A DNA stretch of 64,000 nucleotides from the NCBI GenBank assembly GCA_965235115.1, contig OZ249436.1:23562001-23626000 (forward strand). Direction: 5' to 3'. This document shows, piece by piece, positions 39,083 to 51,652 of this stretch (the first letter of the stretch is position 1; each line of letters opens with the position of its first letter). Origin of the DNA: Laetmonice hystrix. Its lineage: Eukaryota. The position numbers and the translations under genes are program-made. Below the pieces are notes generated by a model. The model saw only the letters and a program-made list of their open reading frames with translations, did no database searches and had not been told where the DNA came from.

Positions 39083-41184
39083 TAAACGTTCCTTTCAGCC
39101 TGGTGATCAAGTGTTGCACTTGACTCAAAGGAAACCTTTGCAGGTCCGATTTCAAGGTCCCTATGTCCCGACGGCGGATAGGTGAGGTGGATTATGTTGT
39201 TTTGACCCCTGACGGGCGCAAGCAGCGCTGACTTAAATTTGTCATGTAAATCTACTAAAGGCTTATCATCCCCGCAACCAGCTGGCAAAAGGTCAGTCTG
39301 CTGCAGTTGCTACTGTGGTGGCCAGTAAACCTCCTCCCAGTGATGATTTCTTAGAGGGTCACCCTAGTTTCAAATTGAGGAATTCGGAAATTTTGCAGGA
39401 TTTGGATAGTCGTCTAGCCCATCTCACTCCCTCTCAGCTAAGTGAGCTGAAGGCTTTATTGTTTGAATATGCCCAGTTGTTTTCCGACGTCCCAGATCGA
39501 CCAGTCTTCTTCAACATGATGTTGATGTGGGTGATGCTACTCCAATAAAACAGCATCCTTATCGGGTCCATCCCGAAAAACAAAAGAAGATGTCAGCTGA
39601 AATCAGTTATTTGTTGGAACATGATTTGATTGAACCAAGTTCCAGTTCCTGGAGTTCTCCCTATGCTGGAGAAATTTCTGCTTTTGTCACCCCAGATGGT
39701 TTATTTAACTACAAGGTTATGGCGTTTGGTATGCGTAATGGTCCAGCCATGTTCCAACGTCTTATGAATTGGTTGATGATGTGTTAGCTAGTGGCGCCGC
39801 CTGGCGTGATCATTTGGATCGGTTGCGTGCTTTGTTTGAACATTTGCCTGAGGCTAACTTGATTGTCAATCTTGCAAAATGTGAGTTTGCCCAGGCTACT
39901 GTCACGTTCTTAGGTCATGTTGTTGGTCAGGGTAAAGTCCTTGCCCTCAAGGCTAAGGTCAAGGCTCTTGAGAAGTTCCCTCCTCCTGATGGGAAGAAAG
40001 CCCTACAGAGGTTTTTAGGTATGGCAGGCTTCCACCGAAAGTTCTGTTGCAATTTTTAACGGTGGTTGCCCCACTCACTCATCTGTTGAAGAAAAGTGTG
40101 AAGTTTGTGTGGAGTGAACGCAGTCAAGCGGCGTTTTATCGGGTCAAGGCCATGTTGTCACTATCATTCTCCAGTTCTGGCCGCCCCCAATTTCACAAAA
40201 CCCTTTATTATTGCTGTCGATCGCGACAGTTGCGACGTTGGCACTGGATCTGTGTTAATGCAGCAAGATTATTCTGGTATCGACCACGCCATAAAAAGTT
40301 TAACGAGATTTAAAGAAATTACTCCACTGTGGAGAAAGAAGCATTAGGATTAATCCTAGCATTACAACATTTTGAGGTGTATGTTAGTAGCTCGTCTACC
40401 CCCGTAATGGTCTATACAGACCATAACCCCCTCACCTTTGTACACAAGATGCGTACAAAAGACCAAAGGTTGTTAAGGTGGAGTCTGGCCCTTCCGGCCT
40501 ATAACATTGAAATCAAACACATCAAAGGTACTCAAATGTGGTAGCAGTCGCACTGTCGCGTCAACCTATTGATTAAAATGTATGAAGTTGGATTAGGTTG
40601 TGATGCAGCTCAATGCTGAGTTAAAAGGTGTATATAATATGTGTCATTTAAACTTGAGTTAGGCCGAGCCATACAAATAAACAGGCAACTGACCTCACAA
40701 ATTACTTACCTTGAACAACAATCGATGCAGCAAGAAGCTTACCTAAGGCGTCAGAACATAATCATTGAAGGAGTTCCTGAAAGACCTGGTGAAGACACAT
40801 CACAAAGGATATACCATCTTCTAGCAGACACAATGGAATTGCCCTTTCAGCAAGCAGATAAGGACAAGTGTCATCGATTTGGTCGCTCGGTTAATGACAA
40901 ACCAAACCCATAATTCTACGCTGTCTCTCGCAATCTGTCAGGGATAAAGTGTTATCAGCAGCACATAAATGTCCAGCGAAACCAGATGGAGTTTTCTTTA
41001 ACGAAGACCTCCCGGCAACACTGAAAAAAAGACGGCCAAACACGCAGAAGCCTGTGGGGCTACAGTCAAACTTTCGAGCGACTGGCTCACCATAAACGGT
41101 ATGAACTATAACTTCAAGTCTCTCTCAATGCTTCCACAAAACCTTAGCCTCTCAGCTGCACGCACAAAGCACGTTGGCAACTGT

Positions 41185-43223
41185 ATAAGGTTTTATTCTA
41201 AATTCTCTTACTTGTGTAATTTCTACAAATCGGATCTTGACGTGGACGGATCGCTTTACCCGACAATGGAACATTATTTCCAGTCTGAGAAGTGTCGTGC
41301 AGCAGGGAGGGATTACCTTGTTCATGAGATCGGGACAACTGGGGACTGTTTGACTGTAAAAAGGCTAGGAGACCCAGTAAACTCCCGTGACTGGCAGACT
41401 CAGAAATATCTCATCATGAAGAAAGGCCCTACTGCGAAGTTCACCCAGAATGACTGTTTAAAGCGTAGCCTCAGTGATTTCTTTAAAACTCGCCTTGTTG
41501 TTACTATGTCAAAGATTTATGTTTCAAAAATCATAATCCGAACGCTCGTATCTGTGGACTGCATTGTTATTTGTGTCAGACCACTGTATAATAGAGGGCC
41601 TACTTCTGCCAGTTCTGGCTGGGGATGCCTAGAAACGAGAGTCGTGACGACACAACAGGAACACGTCGGGCTAGGCCTAGGCGTAGAGAGGCATTGTCCG
41701 CCACAGCAAAGCAGATTTTACGCGTGCTTGTGAATAATCTATTTTCTTCTGATAAAACTCAAAGTCAGCTATAATGATAAACAAGCTGCCACAGGCTTCG
41801 GAAAAACTTAGGTCTTAGGGTGGAATTATTCTGTAACTTTTGCCCAAGCAAGTGCACAGTCCGAAGCTGGCCTATCCTTAGGCTTAGCCTGAATCTGACT
41901 GGTACAGTGGTAGTGTTAGTAGTACTAGACTTACTCTAGACTAGTTGACAGTGGAAGCACGTCATCACTCGGACTAGTCTAGAGAAATGTGGGCAGCACG
42001 GACATTGAGGTTTTTGAAGAGTAATTTCAGTAAATATTAAAAAAGAAGAAGAAAATGATGCTGTCCCGCCCCGCCTATATAGAGTCTAGATGTGATTGAA
42101 CGAGAAGCTTTGACAGAACGTCGATCAGCCTACCGGCACTGCAGCCCGGTTGGCCGTCAGTAGCAAGGCCGTGCATAGCGTGGCTTTCGCTAGGCCTACA
42201 TCGGAGAGGGGTCTAGGAAAGCCGAGGCCTAGATCTATACAGAAACATTTATATGTTTCGGACAATTCGAATAAAATTTACTAGATATTAAGCGGTATTT
42301 GTTTACTAGTGTGGAGTTTTAATCCGGTACGTAGGCCTAGGCTGTGGTGTTTAGGAGTGTTTTTACTTTTGACTTTTTGTTTCGTGGGGTTTCGAATTGG
42401 CGTGTTGCGACCTGCAACAAAACATAGCCGGGATAAAGCTTAGGGCCACCTGGGCCAGTTAAATTTTTGATCGGTTTCATGCACTGACCTTATAGATGAG
42501 AGGATACACGGCTTCTGTATAATGATTATAACCAGTATAAGCAAGGGGAGCTCAAGACTCGACACAAGCACTGTCCCACTGTCACTCAGTTTACTGTTGG
42601 AGTCGCCATTGCGTGTGTCAGTGCTGCACTCCCGCACTGATAAAAATTCAGGCTGCAGCCTGCCGTAGCCTCCGTAGGCCTATTTATTTCCAATGGAAGT
42701 CAACATTCATCAATTTTCAGTTGAGAACATCCGTCTCCTCACTAAAAACGGGACCTAACTCACTATACTTATCACTTTCTCGACTGGCTGTGTGCCAGGC
42801 GATAGGCTTATAATGGACGGTGGTCTGTGACAGTTCAGTGGGCGAGTTCCTGTTGTGACGTTATGGGCCATGACATCCACCAGATGGCGTTTCAGTCGAG
42901 GCCCTGTCACTTTTGCTTGGTTACGGTTGAAAATGCAGTGTCACACGGAAACGCAATTAAATAAAATATTGAAAATTGCCACAAAAATAGTACATGCTCT
43001 CAGGATTGGAGCACAATTATAACTAGAACGACTGAGGCCTGTCTTTAAAGAATAAACTGTTAATGACAGGTACTTAATGACTGCAATGTTGGTTGAATGC
43101 ACGAATAACAGGTACTAAGGTGGGGCCTGTATACTCTCCTCTGAGGAACTGAGACCCCAACCTTTTGCAGGTCATAACAAGCTTGGCAAACTGCTAATGG
43201 AAATCAGACAGGACCTAAAATAA
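41185..43223 (+). pseudogene. NADAR (YbiA-like) domain at the end of LINE ORF1, split by an insertion
   Basis: FYSKFSYLCNFY...YPTMEHYFQSEK...VKRLG...W...IMKKG..AKFTQN..LK joined to NKLLMTG..LVEC...GHNKLGKLLMEIRQDLK*. Confidence 0.88.
41462..43044. mobile_element. Kolobok-like non-autonomous DNA transposon
   Basis: TTAA TSD on both sides (41458-41461, 43045-43048); AG....GCCTCAGT imperfect TIRs; removal restores the host reading frame. Confidence 0.8.
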
Positions 43224-46046
43224 GATATTTACTTGTATCACTGTGCTCCCAAACTCGGTTGACCTTGGCCTAAAGTCAGGTTGTGTGATTGTTTGTGTAC
43301 ACCCAGTTTTTGACCAGGTCAACAGTAGCAGGTCCACTTGAAATCTTGCCCTCCGTCGGTTGACCACACTGCGCCCGTCAACCTCAAGACCTGTATTATG
43401 TTAATGATTTGGTATCGCATGTTCTGTTTATTAGTATGTTGAATTCATTGTTGCAACACTTCGGGTTGCCGAATTATTGGTCAAATGTCCTTTGGACACC
43501 GTGACCCACAATTCCTTCATTATTGAGTTAGTTTGTTATCTGTCAGCTTGTTACAAACATGTCATTCAGTGTTGTTGTGTCCAATTGAACAAGTCAGTTA
43601 TAGGAATTCCTTCTGTGGAAATTCATTCCTTGTATTTAAGTTCTCTTCCGAGTGTAGCACTCCGTACTTATATATATTGTATGTGTCATATTATAATTGT
43701 CTCCTCAGTGGTGTTTCTATAGTTTCTGGTAAATATTCAACCTTTAAGTACAGATCGAAAACAGAAATGTTAAACAACAACTGACCTGAATCACCTTTAG
43801 ACACAACATGGCAATACTACTTTGAGTATATACTATAGAACAATAGGTATAACACTCACATCTCTTGCTGTATACATATGTTTCAATTTTTGCACTTTCC
43901 CGTTTGCACTATGCTGTTAGATGAGAAAAGGATTTGATATGCCTCGATATTATGTAACTCTGGTTGGTAATTAAAACCAACTCTGTATAGCCGATATCAG
44001 CCAGAATAAAGAACTTAAACAACAACAAATGTGTTTTTCTTAAAGGTGCTATTCGTGAACAAAAATTCAATTTTTTTATTTTTAATTTTGTTGACGTTTA
44101 TGTGATCCCACCTATCATGGAAATAGATTCACAACAAAAGAAATCAAAATTTTTCATGGATAACGGCACAAATGGGGCTCTCTCAGAAGGCCTGTGGAGA
44201 CCCTGACACGCCTCACCATAGGAAATGGCTCTATCTCGGTGCGCACCGAGATAGATTTCAAATGCTGCACACAAACTAATAGAAGGTTTATCAGGCCAAT
44301 GGTATCGGTAGGAATTTTTTCTAGTACTATGTGCACAATGTATGATAGGAGAAATGCCATTCTGTGCGAGACGAATAGCACCTTTAACAAATATGATGTA
44401 ATAATACAACTATCTGACATTTATCTTGAAATGCAAATGCTTTCCATTAATAGGACGAACTCAAAGAAAATTATCTTGATAAACTGTTAGAGGCCACCCA
44501 ATGGTGACCCCAAAAATTGCTATTCATAATATTAAAACACAACTGAAACTAGTTAATAATCTAGATCGTTGCGAATTAATTATATTGGGAGATTTGAATA
44601 TTAATTATTCTGATTCTGACGCATATAAGTTGTTAGTATTGCTTGAGGAGGAATTCACTTTAAAACAAGTAACACAGACAGATACAAGGATACATAAAAA
44701 CAGTAGTACATGTACCTTGATTGACGTTATCTTTACTAATGTTAAAAATATTTTCGCGGCAGGATGTATAGAATACTAGCGCCGATGTGGCCAAGGCCAA
44801 CATCTTATATCCCATCCCCCATAAATGAACAATGAGAGGCCCATTATGATGTTAGATGTGTCTTTACATTATCGATATTGGTGTTAATCGAAAATCGCTG
44901 TCACCTAATATAAGGTTTCAATAGTAACCATAGCTCTATCTGGCCACGTTTCAGAGTTATAGCTGTTTAAATAATATTGGTGATCTATCAATGACGTCAT
45001 TATGACGTAATACGTCTACCTATGTCATCAGTATTACTGTCAATCGAAGGAGCATTTATGACTTTCTATATGACCTCAATAGTAACCATAGCTCTATCTC
45101 ACTTAGTTTCAGAGTTACAGCAATGTGTATCTGCAATAGTCAATTTTAACAACTTCAAGGTCACGTAGTTCTGCTAAAATAGGTCAAATTGTTTATTAGT
45201 GAAGTTTTCCAGTAAAGCTGCCCACAGGAAGCCTGTCATCTAAAAATTGTCAGATGTTCTCCAAAAATGGTGGAGCAGTAGCGATTTCGCCACTTTGGAG
45301 CATGTGACCTACTTTTACATGACGTCAGAGGATATAGGTCAAAATAATGGACATAAGTAAGCAGGGTCTATGCAGGATTATTATTCTATGAAAAGTTTTA
45401 GGAAACGATGGAATATGGTTTGAAGAAATGCCTCTAAGTTTAAAATACAAATTACGTCATGACGTCATGAGGTGACGTCATATGGCGTAATAATTATATG
45501 GGTCGATCTTCTCTACCCTGGTGAATGTCCCTGCCAAGATTCATTTGGATATCTCTATAAATGACTGAGATAGCGTATCTATGATGTCATTATGACGTAA
45601 TACGTCACCCTACGTCATCGGTATATGTGTCAATTGAAAGAGCATCTATGACTTCCTATACGACTTCAATAGTAACCATGGCTCTATCTCGCTTTATTTT
45701 AGAGTTACAGCAATGTGCATCTGCAATAGTGAATTTTAACAACTTCAAGGTCACGTGGTTCTGCCAAATTAGGTCAGATCGCTTATTGGTGAGGTTTTCC
45801 AGTAAAGCTGGCTAGAGAGAGCCTGTCAACCCAAAATTGTCAGATTTTATCTAAAAATGGCGGAGCAGTAGCGGTTTGGCCACTTTCGGACGTGTGACCT
45901 ACTTTTTCATGACATCAAAGGTCAAAATCATGAGGATTACTAAAAAGGGTCAATGCCCGATTATTAGGCTATGAAAGGTTTTGGGAAACTATGGGATATA
46001 GCTTCAGGAAATGCCTATAAGTCTGAAATGCAAAATACGTCATGAC

Positions 46047-48120
46047 GATTTTTCAAATTCGAGGAAAATGGGTCAAGTTTTCCATCTTAACCCCAATGGC
46101 AAAAACCAGACGTTGATATCTTTAACTGTTTTAGAGATATCACTGATTTTTTGTTGAAAATGACCTAAAAGGGCCAACTTTGAGGGGCCATAACATGAAA
46201 ACTATTGATTTTAGGGGAGCCATCTCGGTGTCAGAGACAGCTGACCCATTACCCAATCCAATGGTGTTAAAATCAAAAATTAGGTCAACTTGGCCGCCAT
46301 CTTGGATTTTTCAAATTCGAGGAAAATGGGTCAAGTTTTCCATCCGAACCCCAATGGCGAAAACCAGACGTTGATATCTTTAACCGTTTGAGAGATATCA
46401 ATGATTTTTGGTTGAAAATGACCTAAAAGGGTCAACTTTGAGGGGCCATAACATGAAAACTATTGATTTTAGGGGAGCCATCTCGGTGTCAGAGACCGCT
46501 GACCCATTACCCAATGCAATGGTGTTAAAATCAGAAATTAGGTCAAATTGGCCGCCATCTTGGATTTTTCAAATTCGAGGAAAATGGGTCAAGTTTTCCA
46601 TCTTAACCCCAATGGCGAAAACCAGACGTTGATAAATTTAACCGTTTGAGAGATATCAATGATTTTTGGTTGAAAATGACCTAAAAGGGTCAACTTTGAG
46701 GGGCCATAACATGAAAACTATTGATTTTAGGGGAGCCATCTCGGTGTCAGAGACAGCTGACCCATTACCCAATGCAATGGTGTTAAAATCAAAAACTAGG
46801 TCAACTTGGCCGCCATCTTGGATTTTTCAAATCCGAGGAAAATAGGTCAAGTTTTCCATCCGAACCTCAATGGCGAAAACCAGACGTTGATATCTTTAAC
46901 CGTTTTAGAGATATCAATGATTTTAGGTTGAAAATGACCTAAAAGGGCCAACTTTGAGGGGCCATAACATGAAAACTATTGATTTTAGGGGAGCCATCTC
47001 GGTGTCAGAGACAGCTGACCCATTACCCAATCCAATGGTGTTAAAATAAAAAATTAGGTCAACTTGGCCGCCATCTTGGATTTTTCAAATTCGAGGAAAA
47101 TGGGTCAAGTTTTCCATCTTAACCCCAATGGCAAAAACCAGACGTTGATATCTTTAACCGTTTGAGAGATATCAATGATTTTTGGTTGAAAATGACCTAA
47201 AAGGGTCAACTTTGAGGGGCCATAACATGAAAACTATTGATTTTAGGGGAGCCATCTCGGTGTCAGAGACAGCTGACCCATTACCCAATGCAATGGTGTT
47301 AAAATCAGAAATTAGGTCAACTTGGCCGCCATCTTGGATTTTTCAAATTCGAGGAAAATGGGTCATGTTTTCCATCCTAACCCCAATGGCGAAAACCAGA
47401 CGTTGATATCTTTAATCGTTTTAGAGATATCAATGATTTTAGGTTGAAAATGACCTAAAAGGGCCAACTTTGAGGGGCCATAACATGGAAACTATTGATT
47501 TTAGGGGAGCCATCTCGGTGTCAGAGACAGCTGACCCATTACCCAATCCAATGGTGTTAAAATCAAAAATTAGGTCAACTTGGCCGCCATCTTGGATTTT
47601 TCAAATTCGAGGAAAATGGGTCAAGTTTTCCATCTTAACCCCAATGGCGAAAACCAGACGTTGATATCTTTAACCGTTTGAGAGATATCAATGATTTTTG
47701 GTTGAAAATGACCTAAAAGGGTCAACTTTGAGGGGCCATAACATAAAAACTATTGATTTTAGGGGAGCCACCTCGGTGTCAGAGACAGCTGACCCATTAC
47801 CCAATGCAATGGTGTTAAAATCAGAAATTAGGTCAAATTGGCCGCCATCTTGGATTTTTTAAATTCAGGTCAAATGGGTCAAGTTTTTCATCCAAAACCC
47901 AATGGTGAAAACCAGACAATAATATCTTTAACCGTTTTCGAGATATCAATGTTTTTTGGTTGAAAATGACCTAAAAGGGCCAACTTTGAGGGGCCATAAC
48001 ATGGAAACTATTGAATTTAGGGGAGCCATCTCGGTGTCAGACACAGTTGACCTATTCCCCAAACCAATGGTGCTGAAATCGAAAATTAGGTCAACTTGGC
48101 CAACATCTTGGATTTTTCCA
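46047..48120. repeat. 258-bp satellite-like array, 8 units
   Basis: Units start at 46047, 46305, 46563 ... 47853. Confidence 0.95.
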
Positions 48121-50094
48121 ATTTGCGTCATACATGCATAATTATCGAAAAATGACGGACCTAAATTTATCAATTTAACATTGAATTCGATAGAAAATAT
48201 CAGCCACCAGATGTCCTGACTGTTCGCAGTTAGATATGAGCAAGTTAAAAAGGCATTGCTTCTGACACTGGTTGAAAGAGACTATAGCCTGTGCCAGAAC
48301 TCTCCATTCCATATACTACTCACACAATTTTGTTTCAAAGTTGCAAAATTTCGAAAGTTTAAGGTGACGTATCTAGGTCAAATTAGGTCATAGCCCTTAT
48401 CCTTTGATGTTTCATGTAAAGCTCCCCCTAGAGACACAGTCTGCTAAAAATTATGAAACTTTCACAAAAACTGAGGAAGGAGATAGGATTTAAGCATTTT
48501 TCGAACTATGACCTACTTTTTAATTAGGTCAAAGGTCAATGGTCAAAATAATTAGAAAAAGTAGAGGGGTGTATTGGTCAATTACTGTGGTATGAAACGT
48601 TTCTAGAAACTCTTATGCATGACCTCAAAAATTGAGTTTTTTGCAAAAGGAAAATTACGTCATGACGTCATGACGTGACGTCATATGACGTCATCCTTCC
48701 ACAGGTCCATTCTCTCTACCACTGTGAATGTGCCTACCAAGTTTCATTAGGATATCTTTATAAATGACTGAGATACACGTGCAAAGCCAACATCTACAAC
48801 ACCGGGAATAATAATAATAATAACTAGCGCCGATGTGGCCAAGGCCAACATCTTATATCCCATCCCCCATAAATGAACAATGAGAGGCCCATTATGATGT
48901 TAGATGTGTCTTTACATTATCGATGTTGGTGTTAATCGAAAATCGCTGTCACCTAATATAAGGTTTCAATAGTAACCATAGCTCTATCTGGCCACGTTTC
49001 AGAGTTATAGCTGTTTAAATAATATTGGTGATCTATCAATGACGTCATTATGACGTAATACGTCTACCTACGTCATCAGTATTACTGTCAATCGAAGGAG
49101 CATCTATGACTTTCTATATGACCTCAATAGTAACCATAGCTCTATCTCACTTAGTTTCAGAGTTACAGCAATGTGTATCTGCAATAGTCAATTTTAACAA
49201 CTTCAAGGTCACGTAGTTCTGCTAAAATAGGTCAAATTGCTTATTGGTGAAGTTTTCCAGTAAAGCTGCCCACAGGAAGCCTGTCATCTAAAAATTGTCA
49301 GATTTTTTCCAAAAATGGTGGAGCAGTAGCGATTTCGCCACTTTGCAGCATGTGACCTACTTTTACATGACGTCAGAGGATATAGGTCAAAATAATGGAC
49401 ATAAGTAAGCAGGGTCTATGCAGAAACATTATTCTATGAAAAGTTTTAGGAAACGATGAAATATGGTTTGAAGAAATGCCTCTAAGTTTAAAATACAAAT
49501 TACGTCATGACGTCATGAGGTGACGTCATATGACGTAATAATTATATGGGTCGATTTTCTCTACCCTGGTGAATGTCCCTGCCAAGATTCATTTGGATAT
49601 CTCTATAAATGACTGAGATAGCGTATCTATGATGTCATTATGACGTAATACGTCACCCTACGTCATCGGTATATGTGTCAATTGAGAGAGCATCTATGAC
49701 TTCCTATACGACTTCAATAGTAACCGTGGCTCTATCTCGCTTTATTTTAGAGTTACAGCAATGTGCATCTGCAATAGTGAATTTTAACAACTTCAAGGTC
49801 ACGTGGTTCTGCCGAATTAGGTCAGATCGCTTATTGGTGAGGTTTTCCCGTAAAGCTGGCTAGAGAGAGCCTGTCAACCCAAAATTGTCAGATTTTATCT
49901 AAAAATGGCGGAGCAGTAGCGGTTTGGCCACTTTCGGACGTGTGACCTACTTTTTCATGACATCAAAGGTCAAAATCATGAGGATTACTAAAAAGGGTCA
50001 ATGCCCGATTATTAGGCTATGAAAGGTTTTGGGAAACTATGGATTATAGCTTCAAGAAATGCCTATAAGTCTGAAATGCAAAATACGTCATGAC

Positions 50095-51652
50095 GATTTT
50101 TCAAATTCGAGGAAAATGGGTCAAGTTTTCCATCTTAACCCCAATGGCGAAAACCAGACGTTGATATCTTTAACTGTTTTAGAGATATCACTGATTTTTT
50201 GTTGAAAATGACCTAAAAGGGCCAACTTTGAGGGGCCATAACATGAAAACTATTGATTTTAGGGGAGCCATCTCGGTGTCAGAGACAGCTGACCCATTAC
50301 CCAATCCAATGGTGTTAAAATAAAAAATTAGGTCAACTTGGCCGCCATCTTGGATTTTTCAAATTCGAGGAAAATGGGTCAAGTTTTCCATCTTAACCCC
50401 AATGGCGAAAACCAGACGTTGATATCTTTAACTGTTTTAGAGATATCACTGATTTTTGGTTGAAAATGACCTAAAAGGGCCAACTTTGAGGGGCCATAAC
50501 ATGAAAACTATTGATTTTAGGGGAGCCATCTCGGTGTCAGAGACAGCTGACCCATTACCCAATGCAATGGTGTTAAAATCAGAAATTAGGTCAAATTGGC
50601 CGCCATCTTGGATTTTTCAAATTCAGGTCAAATGGGTCAAGTTTTTCATCCAAAACCCAATGGTGAAAACCAGACATTAATATCTTTAACCGTTTTCGAG
50701 ATATCACTGATTTATTGTTGAAAATGACCTAAAAGGGCCAACTTTGAGGGGCGATAACATGAAAACTATTGATTTTAGGGGAGCCATCTCGGTGTCAGAG
50801 ACAGCTGACCCATTACCCAATCCAATGGTGTTAAAATAAAAAATTAGGTCAACTTGGCCGCCATCTTGGATTTTTCAAATTCGAGGAAAATGGGTCATGT
50901 TTTCCATCCTAACCCCAATGGCGAAAACCAGACGTTGATATCTTTAACCGTTTTAGAGATATCAATGATTTTAGGTTGAAAATGACCTAAAAGGGCCAAC
51001 TTTGAGGGGCCATAACATGGAAACTATTGATTTTAGGGGAGCCATCTCGGTGTCAGAGACAGCTGACCCATTACCCAATGCAATGGTGTTAAAATCAGAA
51101 ATTAGGTCAAATTGGCCGCCATCTTGGATTTTTCAAATTCGAGGAAAATGGGTCAAGTTTTCCATCTTAACCCCAATGGCGAAAACCAGACGTTGATATC
51201 TTTAACCGTTTGAGAGATATCAATGATTTTTGGTTGAAAATGACCTAAAAGGGTCAACTTTGAGGGGCCATAACATAAAAACTATTGATTTTAGGGGAGC
51301 CACCTCGGTGTCAGAGACAGCTGACCCATTACCCAATGCAATGGTGTTAAAATCAGAAATTAGGTCAAATTGGCCGCCATCTTGGATTTTTTAAATTCAG
51401 GTCAAATGGGTCAAGTTTTTCATCCAAAACCCAATGGTGAAAACCAGACATTAATATCTTTAACCGTTTTCGAGATATCAATGTTTTTTGGTTGAAAATG
51501 ACCTAAAAGGGCCAACTTTGAGGGGCCATAACATGGAAACTATTGAATTTAGGGGAGCCATCTCGGTGTCAGACACAGTTGACCTATTCCCCAAACCAAT
51601 GGTGCTGAAATCGAAAATTAGGTCAACTTGGCCAACATCTTGGATTTTTCCA
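50095..51652. repeat. 258-bp satellite-like array, 6 units
   Basis: Same monomer; offset between bodies drops from 4048 to 3532 bp (two units fewer). Confidence 0.95.

Larger units (their letters stand above)
21125..40575 (+). mobile_element. Decayed Gmr1-type Gypsy LTR retrotransposon (gag-PR-IN-RT-RH), heavily interrupted
   Basis: Putative 5' LTR TGTTACGT(21125)...ACGTGACA(23948); tRNA-Pro PBS at 23957. gag with coiled coil and SCAN-like region (24143-25700); protease LRDTGA and LLGNDLA; integrase 37830-39290 precedes RT/RH 39300-40575. No 3' LTR. Confidence 0.88.
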
